A stretch of 64,000 nt of DNA from Euprymna scolopes. Its lineage: Eukaryota. The DNA lies in assembly GCA_053919585.1 (NCBI GenBank), contig CM132790.1. The stretch is one strand, 5' to 3'. The notes beneath the pieces were generated by a model. It searched no databases. It was not told the DNA's origin and was given only the letters and a program-made list of their open reading frames with translations. Of this stretch, positions 12,476 through 25,871 are shown in pieces (the stretch's first letter is position 1; every line of letters begins with the position of its first letter). The position numbers were made by a program, and so were the translations under genes.

Positions 12476-13793
12476 AAAGATGGCGAAACCTATCTACGTT
12501 GTAATGAAATGTTAACTGAAGAAAAGCTGGACTTTTCTAGATGTTGAGATAGACAACATCTATAGCAGTGATGAATCTATTAATGATGTTGACACTCCAC
12601 CAAAAATTGACCATGTATTAATAGTGGAGGGGGGGGGCAGGACGATAATCGATAGTGACAAAAATTCTTGAAAGAAAGTCAAAATTCTTTCATGACGCTT
12701 AAAAAGCCGAGTTTTATAACAACCTCTGTGTGCTGAAAGAAAAAAAAGAACTCTTTAACTTGCATTTTCTTAAAGCCAGCGACTTATTAGCAATTAGCAA
12801 TTCAGCCAGGGAGTTCAAGGAGATTCCCAATCTTGACAGATGCGCTCTTGTCAAGTTGTCAAGCCCAGTAGCCTAGGGAATCATCATAATTACTGGCAGC
12901 AGTACCTAGACGATCCTTTTCAGAACTAAGTACCAAACTATCTATGGGATGCAAATCGTTTTTTTAAGGACGATTCAAGTGATCTGAATGTGATACACAC
13001 GTCATTCTACTGCTATCTGCCTTCTGAAACTTCCCTCTCAGCCTGTAACTCCAGTTCCTGCAACACCAGATCCAGTGGTTCCAGCTACCTATCGATGTGC
13101 GCCTCCTTGCTCCAGTGCTCATCGACGTCTACCTCCTTGTTGCAGTGCCCACTGATGTCCAGCTACCTGTTCCAGTGCCCACTGACGTCCAGCTGCCAGT
13201 TTCGGTGCCTGTCGACGTCCAGTACCCTGTTGAGGTCCAGCTACCTATTCCAACATCAGATCCCATCTATACGACTTGTACCAACTTGAGGCACGTCATC
13301 ATACTTTAGGGACGCCTGAGCTTCAATCTAGTGAGGCGCCCATCTTCGCTCTGAAACGATCCAGATACACGGTTTTTGTTGCCTTACGATTTATTGTTTT
13401 TTCTGTGGTAAATAAAATACACGATTTCTATTGTCTGTAACTATGCATCTATATTTTTCATCTTAGTTGTACGGTCGATTGGTACCTCACCTATCAGCCT
13501 GCTGCAACAGTTGTCTGTCTACTTCACATTTTACAGGTCTGGAAGAGTTTCCTCTTTTCCTCCTGTTGGACATGTATGTATGGAACCCAAGAACAAAAAA
13601 TTTTTTTTTTCTTTTGATGTTATGTAACCGTGATCTTTCGATCCTAAGGGAGTAGAGTTTGTAATAATTCATTCGTGTCAAAATATACCTGATTGTGTGT
13701 TTAGTTGTAAAATATATTTTTTTTACTTTATGTCTGTATGCATATGTGGAAGGAAATGTGGTGTCTATGAAAACGCATTTGATGTTCTCTAGA

Positions 13794-13830
<37 letters not shown>

Positions 13831-13880
13831 GAGTGTCACTGCTTATCAAGGTTCAGATGCTACTCGAGGATAATAGTTAG
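13794..13880 (-). mobile_element. Isolated 3' tail of a CR1-related LINE/SINE with an (ATT)n tail
   Basis: cttatcaaggttcagatgctactcgaggataatagtta resembles the tail of the LINE at 14583-14620 (cttatcaaggcccggaagccactcagggataatggtta). Confidence 0.5.
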
Positions 13881-14557
13881 ACATCTCAGTGATAATTGGT
13901 AATGATGGAAATTGGGTACGGTCTGATTATTAAAGAGGACGGCTTAACAAGAACTTGTTTACATAAACTTGAAAATGACCATATTGTAATCAGTTGAGAA
14001 GTAGCCATACAATATTATATTCTACAGACTGGAAGTTCTAGGAAAGAAACTTTATTTATGGAATTTTCGTTTAGTTTTACACACAGATACAGAGTAAGAA
14101 AAATTGTTGATAGTGATTATAGCTAGACGAGTGTTTGTTCTAACATTTTACTGGGGAGGGCATAGATCGAAGCTCAGTCGAGCACCTGTCACAAAAATAA
14201 CGATACAACAGAGTAGGTTCTGTAGTTGAACTGTTTTATAATTTAGGAATAGTATGTTTCTAACTTAATACTAAGTTTGTGGCTATTGTAAACTGTATAT
14301 TACTAAATCTAACAGATAATTTTGTCTCACACATGTAATGCACATTTAGTGCAAAAATATAATAAATATCGTTAGGGAATATCATAAGTAATGCATGGTG
14401 ATTGTATTTGGATGAGTGTATTTGAAACTGTAAAAAAGAAATATATCACTAATATTGATAAATTAAAAATCTTGTTTTATTGTAGATATTTATCTTAATG
14501 ACACAAAAAATATATGCTAAAATATTTATCACTTTTGAGATTCAGTTATTTTTTAAA

Positions 14558-15320
14558 TTTTTTTTTTACACGGTGGTCACCACTTATCAAGGCCCGGAAG
14601 CCACTCAGGGATAATGGTTATTGCAAGTACAGTACGTTAGTGTGGAGATTTAATGAAGTGTTTACTTAAGAGGGCGGTTCATTAGGGATTTGTTAATGTT
14701 GGACTTGAACACATCCAAGTTGTAGTCAGGTGGGAAGCAGGCAGACGGAACAGAGTTCAACAGGCGTGCAGTTCTAAGAAAGAAGCTTTGTTCATTGAAT
14801 CCACCTTTTGATTTAGGCACGGATAAAGAGTGGGGGAAATTTTTCACAGTGGATTCAGCTAGACGGGTGTTTTTCGTGAAAGATTGGCGAGGGGGGACCA
14901 GAGATTGGAGTTCAGACGAGCACCTGCCATGGAAATAACGATAAAACAAGGATAGGCTCGCAACGTCTCTTCTGTGGGAGAGAGGTTGCAGGGTAGAGAA
15001 AAGGGCCCCCCCCCCACTAAGCCACAAAGTCTATTTTGTACTCTGTCAAGGCAGGATAGGCTGTTTTTAGCAGCTCCTGCCCAGATATGGCAGCAGTATT
15101 CCATCCTTGGACGTACTTGGCTTTTATATAGATAGAGAATTGCATCAGTAGTGAGATATTTTCTGGAGCGGTAGAAGGATCCCACCATCTTTCCAGCGAC
15201 CTTGGCAACAGACTTGATGTACGTGTTCCATTTCAGATCAGAAGTAAAGGTCAAACCCAGAAGCTTGTCAAAACACGGGGCTTCTCCTAAACGAGAGCCA
15301 TCCATTTCAATTGATGCCAG
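14558..15320 (-). mobile_element. 5'-truncated CR1/L2-clade LINE (C-terminal part of ORF2)
   Basis: LLGLTFTSDLKWNTYI..LYKSQVRPRMEYCCHIW..LDRVQ followed by LQPLSHRRDVASLSLFYRYFHGRCS. Frameshift at a homopolymer near 15005-15015. Poly(A) tail appears as a T run at 14558. Confidence 0.92.
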
Positions 15321-15329
15321 ATGGGTTAT

Positions 15330-17210
15330 GTTTGATAAACTTTCATTTTAATCGTTCTAATAAGCAGCAATGTTCAATTAAGTCAACAAATGAACTATCT
15401 ATTATTAAACTACTATTTATCACTCACATCCGCTATATTTTATGTCGTTTGCTACTCCGCTTTAATTTTATATTTTGTATCTGTACACTGTTTAAAGCTT
15501 ATGCTGCATGTTGAATATTGCAAATATATTTGTAGATTGTCTTTTTGTATTGATAGGTGGTTTCTTAAGATGGGAATGTTTTTAGCATCTAATTAAAGAA
15601 TTGTATAATTTTAGTTAGAGCATGAGTAAGTTCGTATGTTCGTCATGTGTGAAAAATCATGCATTGCAGTCATTTTTTAGTTTAATTCGTCTCTTTAAAG
15701 AGTTATTGTCTACATATGGATTATGTCTTTTTTAAGATTGATTTAATGAAGTCCAGTGAGTAGACTTGTTGCGTCAATTTTTCATAGATATAATCATGGA
15801 AGTACGAGCAAATAAATTTGATGCATATGATAATACTAAAATGTTCCGTATTTGTTAATTCAGGAAATGCTTGCATGTAAGAATTCTGTACAAGCTTGGA
15901 TACTTTCCTTATGCAGGATGTCTGTATAGAAAGACATATACATCAATGATAACTAAATGTGCTTCTTCTGGGAGTGTAAGTATTTGTTTTAGTGTGTTGA
16001 AGAAATGGTTGGTATCTTGAATATGAACTCGGATATATGTAAATAGAATGTTTATGTTATCAATATCGATCCTGTGAGTTTGACGACTTTTGGATACTGC
16101 AATTTTAATTGGATGGATTTTAACGGAAGGATTTTAAGAGTTTGTAGATGTAATTTGTGCAGTTATGGTTAGTTTTAGTATAGATGATTTTTTCATATGT
16201 GAGTTTTGAAAGTTTGTGTAATTTAGAGGTATTATAAAATATTATCTGATGAATAGGAGTGAGATAATTAGTGATTTTTTTAGTGAGGACAAAGTTTTTG
16301 TATTGGATTAGTTCTGTTTGGTATATATATAATCTGTTTGGTATATATAATCTGTTTGGTATATATATATATATATATATATCTATATATATATATATAT
16401 ATATATATTGAATCGTATAGAATTAACCAGAATATATTAATAAAGGAAATCCAAAACTATATTAGTAATGTATAAAATCTATTATTAAAAAAAAAAATGT
16501 ATATATATATATGAATATTTTTAACTTTTATATATTTTTAATTTTAAATAAATAAGAATATAAATATATATAATACTAATCATAGTAGGGGGTGATAAGT
16601 AGTAAAATAGATTAATCCTAATCTTATAAATACAAGACTGGTAAATTAAAAAATATATCCATGTTGAATTAACATAAATAGTCTAATTAAATTAATAACG
16701 AGTAGGAAAGTAGATCTAATATCTGTAACATTTTTTTTTGTTCTTGTAATTAAGGGAGGTGGTGTTTGATCAACACTGCTGAGGAGCCATGGATTAATTT
16801 AATCTTTTGTTTTTAAATCCCTGAAACAGTGTTTTATGGTAAACAACTGATGACCTCTTAAATTAATATTAGGAATGTAGTAAATTCGAGAGAGAAAGTT
16901 GATACATTGATTGCAGGTGACTTAATTACTTACTGACTAAATAGTTTTCTAACGAATGATAAAAATATAAACATTAAATAAATTTTTTTTATATAGTTTT
17001 AAAGGTTAAAAAACTTCCAAGACTATATATATAGAGAGTGGAAGGTTGTTTTATTTGTAAGAACCTTGGAATTGTAGTTCTGCTTTAGTGGTATTTTTAT
17101 TGTTTATTATTTTAATTGTCCCACCTTTTTCAGCCATTATGATGATTATTTATTTGTATTTTGGATTAATATATTGGTAGTACATTACTCTAGATCTAGT
17201 GTCTGAAAAG
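15330..17210. mobile_element. Highly decayed LINE remnants (endonuclease-like on minus, RT-like trace on plus)
   Basis: Minus strand has DTLIAGD-like (~16920) and LDL.F-like (~16715) traces. Plus strand has AYDNTKMFR near 15823, similar to YADDTK. Many stops. Confidence 0.35.
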
Positions 17211-17430
17211 GGTGTCACGAAGCATGCAGTAAACATGCATTTAAAATATTTAAATTAATGCTAACATTTTATAAAACAGTTCCTAAAATTTTAAGATATA
17301 CGGCTATATTTTTCTTAATTCAAAAATTTAAATACTTAATTAATATACTCAAATATATTTAAATATAAATATAACTTTATTAAGAATTCATATAATGTAA
17401 ATGGTCGCTAAGAAAATTTATAATGAATAC

Positions 17431-17528
17431 TGGTGCTGGTGTTGTTACTTCAGGAGTTGTTATTGTTACTTTAGAAGTTGGTCTAGCAGTTTGAAGTGTT
17501 GTTTCACTTAGTGCTGATGTTGAAATTG
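17431..17528 (-). pseudogene. Probable dead PTS exon (pseudoexon): ISTSALSETTLQTARPTSKVTITTPEVTTPAP
   Basis: Open PTS-coding stretch in the same intronic context as live PTS exons. The acceptor reads ttttcAA instead of ttttcAG and the donor CCA|GTATTC is out of phase (98 nt). Confidence 0.55.
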
Positions 17529-18461
17529 TTGAAAAGATATTTTAATTGAAAACATTTTTAATGATTAGCCTATTATTGCATTTAAGCTGAGTTTATGAAA
17601 CTATACACAAAAATATACATTAGTTTTGGGATTGAGTTATATTTGAATATAAATCTATATTATTCCTCATAATTAGCTGCAAATTATAATTAGCTGGACA
17701 AGTCATCAGTATATCACTTAACAGTCTATTTATCTTATTCTTTCTCATTAGATCAACTAAGAGTATAAGCGAGCACTAAAGAGTATAAGCGATTTTCTCT
17801 CCAGTTTATATATGCAGTTTATTTGAAAAAAAATTGTTTTCAAATTAGTTAGAAAAAGATTACGTCTCTTCTCTTTTATATTACAGAAATAATATAGAAG
17901 AAAAGATATATTTTAGTTATGCAAGAAGAATTGATACATCTAAAGACGTGCAATGAGAATTAAAAGTAATTTGCTTTAAAATCAAAATCAGAGAATTCTC
18001 CGCTCTTAATGAAAATTTCAGTATTTATTAATTAATTAATAAATTACTTCGAATTTGAAGTATTTATTTTATTATATAATATAAAGATTTTTTTCGGATA
18101 AATTCAATTACTTTTCCTCCTCCCCTAATATCAAGGCAGAAATAGTTTCGTTATACCCATAGGCGAAACTAAACGCCTATCTTTATAAAGAAATAATGCC
18201 CGATGATACAAATGAGGAAAATATTTAAGGATGGCCTCGTTAGGAAAAATTACTAAAAAAAATTGCTAATTTAAATGTAAAAAATGAAGTCAAAATGGAT
18301 TAAATAATTGTAATGGTTGTGATCCAAGGGATTAAGAGAAGTAGTTGTTTTAGAAAGTAAAAGGTATATATTGGTGTTAATATATAATCAATAAGTCTAT
18401 TTGCATCTCTAATTTTACATTTCCCGGGTGAATGTGTACATTGACAGCTGCACTATTACTA

Positions 18462-18641
18462 NNNNNNNNNNNNNNNNNNNNNNNNNNNNNNNNNNNNNNN
18501 NNNNNNNNNNNNNNNNNNNNNNNNNNNNNNNNNNNNNNNNNNNNNNNNNNNNNNNNNNNNNNNNNNNNNNNNNNNNNNNNNNNNNNNNNNNNNNNNNNNN
18601 NNNNNNNNNNNNNNNNNNNNNNNNNNNNNNNNNNNNNNNNN
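18462..18641. other. Assembly gap (N run)
   Basis: Run of N bases. Confidence 1.
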
Positions 18642-18699
18642 TTGGAGGAGGAATCCCTTTCCACCTTGTTCTATCTCTATCTAGGTATGGTTAAGTAGA

Positions 18700-19045
18700 G
18701 CTTAGGTGACTCTCAAGACCCTCTACCAATTGAGTTTTTGGCCTTCCTCTAATTGTTTTCCATTCTGTTACTCCGTACGTTCAGCTGTTGTTAGTATATC
18801 TCGAAAACTGACCTGACCATTTATATTTTGCTGTTAAACTGGTGGTAATGTTGTTTACTTGCGTTGTCTGGTACGAGTATTTTTTTTCTTTCACGTAGCC
18901 TAATGCCGAGCAACAATGCATTCGATTTTACATTGTGCCGCTTTTAGCGTTTCTATTGCTGCATTATCAACTAAACATGTTTCGCTAGCATATGTCATAA
19001 GAGACATGATGCATTCATTGAACACTTTCTGCTTAATGTTCGCAG
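18700..19045 (-). mobile_element. RTE-clade LINE 3' fragment
   Basis: Degenerate translation KQKVFNECIMSLMTYASET..LKAAQ..LLGIRLRER..KYKWSG..VTEW..RGRPK, typical of RTE ORF C-termini. Confidence 0.7.
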
Positions 19046-20736
19046 TAAAATTTCAAATGTATAACATTCATGATCTCAGCTAACTAATATCTTGTAAACA
19101 TTTTGCATAGTCCTTTGTGTAGTTTTGTAGTCCGATGCCGGCTGATTGATTCAAACGAAAACATTTTGGTTGAAAGGATTTCATTTGCATTTGTGCAACT
19201 GACAGATATCACAAACACACCACATCATTTGTTGTGAAATATTAAAATTTATTTTACCATTTCATAAAAAAATATTTTTCAATGTGAAAATATGCAGCCA
19301 CATTTATGCTTATTATGCAAAATTATTCTTTAATAATTACTAGCTGAACCTACTCGGCATTTCCCGGGATGTAACGAAGTTATTTCAGTTTTTAATCTTT
19401 ATTTCTTTGCACTTCTTAAAATTTGAACTAGACAGCTCCTATTGCACCGTTAAATTCATACTGCGTTATTTCCTGATAAATTTTTATTTTTAGGTAATTA
19501 TTTTATTTTTAAATTCTTAATATTATCGATCCTTTGGCCAGAAATGAGTAATTAATTAAATAAATTATCAATAAGAATGTTATTATATTGTCTAGAACAT
19601 GATGCAACATTAGAAAATGAAAATGTGCTAAACAGAAGCAGTGAAAATGATATTTGGTCTGAATTTGAAAATCTGACAAGGTAACTTTATATGGTAAATA
19701 GAACTAGAATGAGTAAATGAACTTATAACAACTGCAAAAGTCATTTGGTGGGAAAATAGCATATTCTGCTAAATCTGTTTGACCTAATTTTATGCAGAAG
19801 AGAAGAACTGCATGTCTCAGAAATACTATGGGCTAAGTTAATATCGATTGTTATACAAATAGGAGCAATAAACAATATGCTACATAAAAAATCTCATGAA
19901 TTCTAAAGATTATGTTTTGTATGAAAAACACTATCACTCAGCAAAGGCAACGTTTCAACTGTCTAAATCGATGTTCAATCATAAGCAAACGCAAAAATAT
20001 GTATATTTATATATTTAGATATCAATATATATGCATAGGTGAATGTATGCGAACGTATAGAAATACTCGTACAATTGCTGTGGAACAGTAATTTTTCAAA
20101 TTTTATTTTCAAATAACTTCATAATATTAACCTCTGAAAGAAACTACATAATTTTTTTATTACTCGCCCATAATGATCAGTAATGGTGGAATTTCGGTAG
20201 GGTTTAATTATTTAAGATAACAACAACAAGTACATTCACATTAGACTTAAAACGACCATGTTATAGTAAGCTGGGAAGCAGCCCCACGGTATTATGTTCT
20301 ACAGATGGACAGTTCAAGGAAAGGAACCTTGCTCATAAAATTTTTGTTTAGTTTTAAATACAGATAGAGAGTAAGGGAAATTCTTGACAGTTGTTGTAGT
20401 TAGACGAGTATTTGTTGAGAATGTTTTAAAATATATATAATTCAGCAATACATACGATTTGAATGTGAAAATTAATGCCTGTGAAATTCATTATTGTTTA
20501 AAGCACCTTAAATATCATAGAAGTGAAACGATATATTTAAGGAAATCTCAGAACTAATTAAATTTCGGTATTTGTAAGAATCTGTGTTTAATTTGGAACA
20601 GGAGAGGAGAAATAATTCGTATTGGAACTGAGGATAAGTATGCAGTCTTAAATGACAACTTTCTTTTGACTATGTTCTGAATTTTACATCAATAATGAGG
20701 AAATTGTCTTTAAATAAATGAAACATTGCTACTCAC

Positions 20737-20941
20737 TTGTTTCTTTGATACAAAGCTTAACAGAGGTTTTCACTTCAACGGGTTTATTAGGATTTTTAGG
20801 AACGATTGTAATTCTTAATACTGTCGCATCTGTATCAGGTGGAATGTTGACAAGTCTATTAGGTTTTACTGACACTTTAGTTGGTGTGAATGGAAGTCCT
20901 GCTGGAGTAGTTTCTACTCCAGGTACACCTGTAGTGGTTGC
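20737..20941 (-). CDS. Module exon 2 (205 nt), divergent fifth copy: ATTTGVPG...TVLRITIVPKNPNKPVEVKTSVKLCIKET
   Basis: tttcatAG acceptor and GTGAG donor, phase 0-1. Same length as and homologous to 39772-39976. Confidence 0.9.
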
Positions 20942-21390
20942 CTATGAAAATACAGAAATGACAAATAATATAAACAAATTCCAAATCTAATGATTAATAC
21001 AACTCAGGTAAACACATCTATTACATTTTATGAGCCAAAAATACAACAGAAAAAGCGTAGTATTATAAATATATATATATATATTACCCATTTTACAAAT
21101 GGAATTATTCTTATCACAGTTAGTGTTTAAAAAACAAATATAATCATTAAAATTTTGTTTGCAGTTTAAATCTTGAAACATGCAGAACAACACATTTTCA
21201 TTAATAAACATATGTTAGAGCATTCTCTGGAGACAAAATAAAATCTATTGCATAAAAATGCATCTAACAAAATGGAATAATATACAATAGTAAATACCTG
21301 AAGTAACAATTTTAACAGAAAGAAGAAATATTTTGTTTACATGTTTGATATTAAAAAAAAAAAAAAACAAACAAATAAACTTGGTAGTTG

Positions 21391-21742
21391 AGGACTGTGT
21401 TATCGTCGGAATTTTCCTGGCAATTAACATAAAACGCCGGAGAGTGCCGAACGGATGGCCAATTTTTAAAAATGAAAAATGTATTATTTCTGACATTACG
21501 TATCAATGAAATATTAATTGAAAAATGAAAGCAATATTCTTTTTGTTGTTACGAAAAAACACAATACATAATTATTAGACAATTTTTTTATGAAAATTTA
21601 AGAAAATTCCAATTCAAATTAAACAAAAAACTATCATTGTAAGGTAAGTTTAATGAATAAACATTTATTTTTTGAATAACAAACAGCAGAGAACAAACAG
21701 ATTTATTTTTTTTAATAGGAATTTTTTGTTCAGATGAAGATA

Positions 21743-21810
<68 letters not shown>

Positions 21811-21957
21811 CCGATGAGAGAAAATAAGTATTTGCTTAAATGACGTTGGCTGTTGCGATTTCATTGCCTCAGCCTTTTTACACCTTTCGACACCTTTCAG
21901 AATCTTTTCGGCGTTTTATGTAGACTGCTCAGAAAAATCTGACGATAGCATGGCCCT
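21391..21957. mobile_element. Old MITE with ~65-bp imperfect TIRs
   Basis: ggactgtgttatcgtcggaattttcctggcaattaacataaaacgccg matches the reverse complement of cggcgttttatgtagactgctcagaaaaatctgacgatagcatggccc. Confidence 0.6.
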
Positions 21958-23901
21958 TGTTCTGCATAAGTATCAAAAACTTATATAATTTATTTATTTT
22001 AGTTTTACGGTGGACAGAAATGCAATCGTGTTCACATGTATGTCGTAACTATAATAACTATATTGTCATAATGACAATGATTCATACACATTTTGTGTTT
22101 TGTTTTTGTGGCAGTAGAGTGGAGGGGTGTTGCGGATATTACAAAGCAAGACTATTATAATTACATATACCTTTTATGAGACATTGATTAAAGAAGTTAT
22201 TCTTTCAAGTCAAAATCTATTGAATGCGATGCTTTCCTTAAGGTAAGGGTGAAACAACCACTTTATATTAGGTGCTAATTTGAGAATTTTATTTCTTAAC
22301 TGATAACTCTTGACTGATAAGCCATTAAGCAGTGAAGGATGATAATGGGAGTGTAAAGTTGTACATCTATTTTTGAACGGTGTCGTTATATGTTAACGGA
22401 CCCAACACGTTGTAGACTCTGTCGTGAGGAAACAGAAGAAAGGATAAACTCGAAGCACTTTCTTTTTTTTTTTTTTTTTTTTTTTCTTTACAAAAACCTT
22501 TATATCTAGCGTTTCCACCAACGCATTTTTTTCTAAATATTTAAACAGTTCATTTCTCCTTTTCCGGTGCGTATGACTTTTCGTCCCTACTCTGACGCCA
22601 TCCACGTCTCGAATCCCTCTTCTCTGAATACTTATGTCTCGAACAAATCCTTTTCTGTTTTCCTACGCCTCGAACACGTCTCAAATCCTCTACGTCTCAA
22701 ATACGTGCTTCTCTGAACGTGCGTCCTTTTTATCTCTGTTGTGACGTCACATTGCGCAGGAGGCTTGGTCATTTGCATATGGCTGCTACCGCTAACGCAG
22801 TGTTAGCGGCTTTGTTACAAAATGTCTGCCTTTTTTGCGCCACGTGGGGGCTTGGCTGTCCTCTGATTCACCAGCTGTTTTACAGGCACTGTAGTAGTCA
22901 GCCAGGGAAAAGGAGAAGGCTGACGGTTGGTTGGTTGTTTGGGGATTGAAGTCCTTTGTATTTCTTTCGTGCACATTTTCAAATCAGTTCCAGAAGATTG
23001 TTCTTGTAGATAGGATAGGTTTGGGGCTCAGTTTGTAGGTCTACTCGATTCGTCAACGTATTTTACTCTCTCCTTAAAGTAACCCCCCCAAGAAAAGCTT
23101 TAAAAGGAGATAATAAAGAAAAGAATATTAGGGCGAGTAAACCCTAATGTATTTTAAATTTACTTAAACCGGTTAACCAGAAGATTCGACCGACTAGCCT
23201 TACGAGGTCATCGGCCATTAATAGGAAATCTATTGAAAAGAATACTATGTTCAAGAAAGAAGGAAAATCAAAACGAGATAATCAAACCCGAAATGATTTA
23301 AAGAGTGAATAACCTTAATCAGAAGAGAAAAAGATGAATATTTAACGATTACAATCAGCAAAAGAATTTAGTTAGAACTGATTTACTTAAAAAAAAGTAA
23401 ATATTGGAGCGAAAAGACTGAAAAGAAAGACTTTTATAAATACATTTTATGAAAAACAGTTTTATATTAAATTTTTATTGCGTGTTCTTTATTTTCAGCC
23501 TTCAGACCAATATTGTTGGTTTTTTGCGGGGGGGGGAGTCATTAGTTTTTCGGTAGAAAAACGAAATTAAATCTCGTTTTCCTCAATTTTTGTCGTTCTG
23601 GGCGATAATTCATTCAAGAATTGTCTCTTATTTAGAAACTCCCTTTTTATGCATTTTATGTTTTCTGTGTTTATTAATTGTTACTTAACTTTGTTAACCG
23701 TCCCTTGGAAAATAAAACAACGTGTTTTATTTCTTTTTAACATAATTGGACTTAATTACTTTCTGGGTCTAGTTTGTTGTTTCTCCCTTTTTATTGCTCC
23801 TTTGTTGTTTCCCTTTTTTCATTTATTGTTACTAAAAGACAGATTTAGATGACGAAACTAAAATCTCATTACTATGTATACGAAGAGCAGTAACAATTTA
23901 C

Positions 23902-24146
23902 CTGTGCAGTTGTAAGAAACTCAACAACGTATTCTTGGACATTAGTTGCATCGACCAGCGCAATTACACCTCCATCTTTCATCAAATCTCCAACAGTAAT
24001 TGTAACCACCCTGTCGTCTTGTGTATCTGTTCTCCATCCAGAACCATTTGGTCTGATATCTCCTGGAATTCCACTTGGTTTCAGTGTAATAGAATCATCT
24101 GGCAATACTGTCTCATCGCCCATACTTTCCATTAGTTGACATGTCG
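23902..24146 (-). CDS. Module exon 1 (245 nt), divergent fifth copy: TCQLMESMGDETVLPDDSIT...GW...NVQEYVVEFLTTAQ
   Basis: tttccAG acceptor and CAG|GTAAAT donor, phase 1-0. About 70% amino-acid identity to 40219-40463 by manual count. Confidence 0.92.
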
Positions 24147-24492
24147 CTGGAAAGAAATAAGCAGAATTGCAGACCTGACAATTTGTAAGCGACACCGTCT
24201 TTCAATTGATTTAATTTTCCTATTAAATAAAAATTGTACGTCTCGAATTTCGTAAATACAATATTTAATATGACATTATAAACTTCTGTAAAAGAAGCGA
24301 AACATTTAATAGGAAAACTTTTATAATGTTATTCGAGTGTTTAATGTGTTTAACTACAAATCTTATCTAATTTAAAAGTAAGATATGTTCAAAAACTTTG
24401 AAAATATCTATCACACACTGTATTACTTTTCAATAAACTTTTCGGCTTAGAAAAAAAATAATTCAGCGACTTTCTGATTAAAAAAAGCATAC

Positions 24493-24594
24493 GTTTTAAT
24501 GTGGTTGACAGAGATGGTACAGATGTAGTTATTTCTTTGGGTGAAGTCCAAGAAATTGTTACTTTTGAGATTGGTTGCTCTGTCGGTGGCGTAC
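24493..24594 (-). CDS. 102-nt PTS linker exon (TPPTEQPISKVTISWTSPKEITTSVPSLSTTLK)
   Basis: ttattaatAG acceptor and GTATGC donor, phase 1-1, open frame. Confidence 0.82.
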
Positions 24595-24693
24595 CTATTA
24601 ATAAAAATAAAAAGTTAACATTATACAAAACATAATGTTGTTAAACATAATATCAAATGTGTTACAATGCGAAATTTTCAGATTAGAACATGC

Positions 24694-25871
24694 GGTACTC
24701 TAGCTTAATTTGATCCAGATTCTCGGGGATTCCCATCAAGCATGGATCGGGTGAGACCGGTTTAAGCCGAGCGTTGTAACAGACACAGACTAATTTAAAA
24801 ACAAACAAACCGGAAAAATATCAATGCAAACAATAAAAAAAAATAAAAACCCACCTTTAAAGGACTGAAAATATGCTTATTTTCTTTATTTAAAAAAAAT
24901 TTTTTTTTGCAAAATATTTATCAATGAAAAGCTTTTTTCTTTTCCCTTCAAGAAAAGATGAAAGTTTTATTTTTTAAGCGTAAATTGTTAGGTGTATGTA
25001 CAAGTTTTTTTTTTCAAGACTTTATGTTCAGTCATATTTTTTTTGGGGGGGGGGTCCACAGAAATTTTTTATATATATTGTTTTAAAAATACATAAAAAT
25101 ATGTTTACAAAAAGCGTAAATTGTTAGATGAAAGTACAGGAAAAAAAATTTTTTTTTCAAGAAAACTTAATATTTTTATTATTTTTTATTTCATTTTTTT
25201 TACGGCTGTTCATTGCCGGCGGAAGGATTTTCTCGAAATGAGGATATTTCCTTAGGAATCTTTTACTTCGGTCGACTGTTGAAACGCCCATCGATGTCAA
25301 AGAGAGAGGGAGATGGAGTAGAGGAAATGGAAGGAGGCTCCCCAAGAATCGAGTAGCTTTTAGAAATGTGATTTATGATGGAGACAAAAGAATCGTTTCC
25401 GAATTTTTTGTCTCCACATAAATTCAAGTAAATATGTACCCAGAAGATGGTCTCGCATTCTTGCTTGTTTCACTGTTTTGCTTCCTTCCCACATTTCGGC
25501 GTGGCTCGCTGTTACCTTCATCGCGGGGTCAACAAAATGCATACTTATGATTCACTGCCAGATGGTTGGTGGAATCCTTCTCCTCCTACTTTGTTATAGG
25601 CCCTTCCAACAGTCGGATATACGACTGTAGTCCCTGGCAGAATGTATTTGCTTATAATTGGAAGGAGGGGTTCGACATTGCGATTTAGTACGGTCACCAA
25701 AAAAAGAACTCTTATCGGTGACGTAAAAAAAAAAAAATTAAAATAAAATAAAAAGTCGATTTAGTATTTCAACATTTGAACAACGCTCGATTTAAACCGA
25801 TGATTGCCGGTCTCTCCCAATCCATGCTGGACGGGAATTCCCGAGAATCCGGGTCAAATTATGCAAGAGTA
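24694..25871 (-). mobile_element. Merlin (IS1595/ISXO2-like) DNA transposon relic with ~85-bp TIRs
   Basis: TIR ggtactctagcttaatttgatccagattctcgggg... matches ...cccgagaatccgggtcaaattatgcaagagta. Minus remnants at ~25370-25710 read LLPIISKYILPGTTV, VNH, FVDP and HLLGTYLLEFMWR. Confidence 0.85.

Noticed and set aside
22391-22751. Possible solo LTR (TGT...ACA with internal short repeats)
   Set aside because: No TSD, partner LTR or coding remnant could be confirmed.
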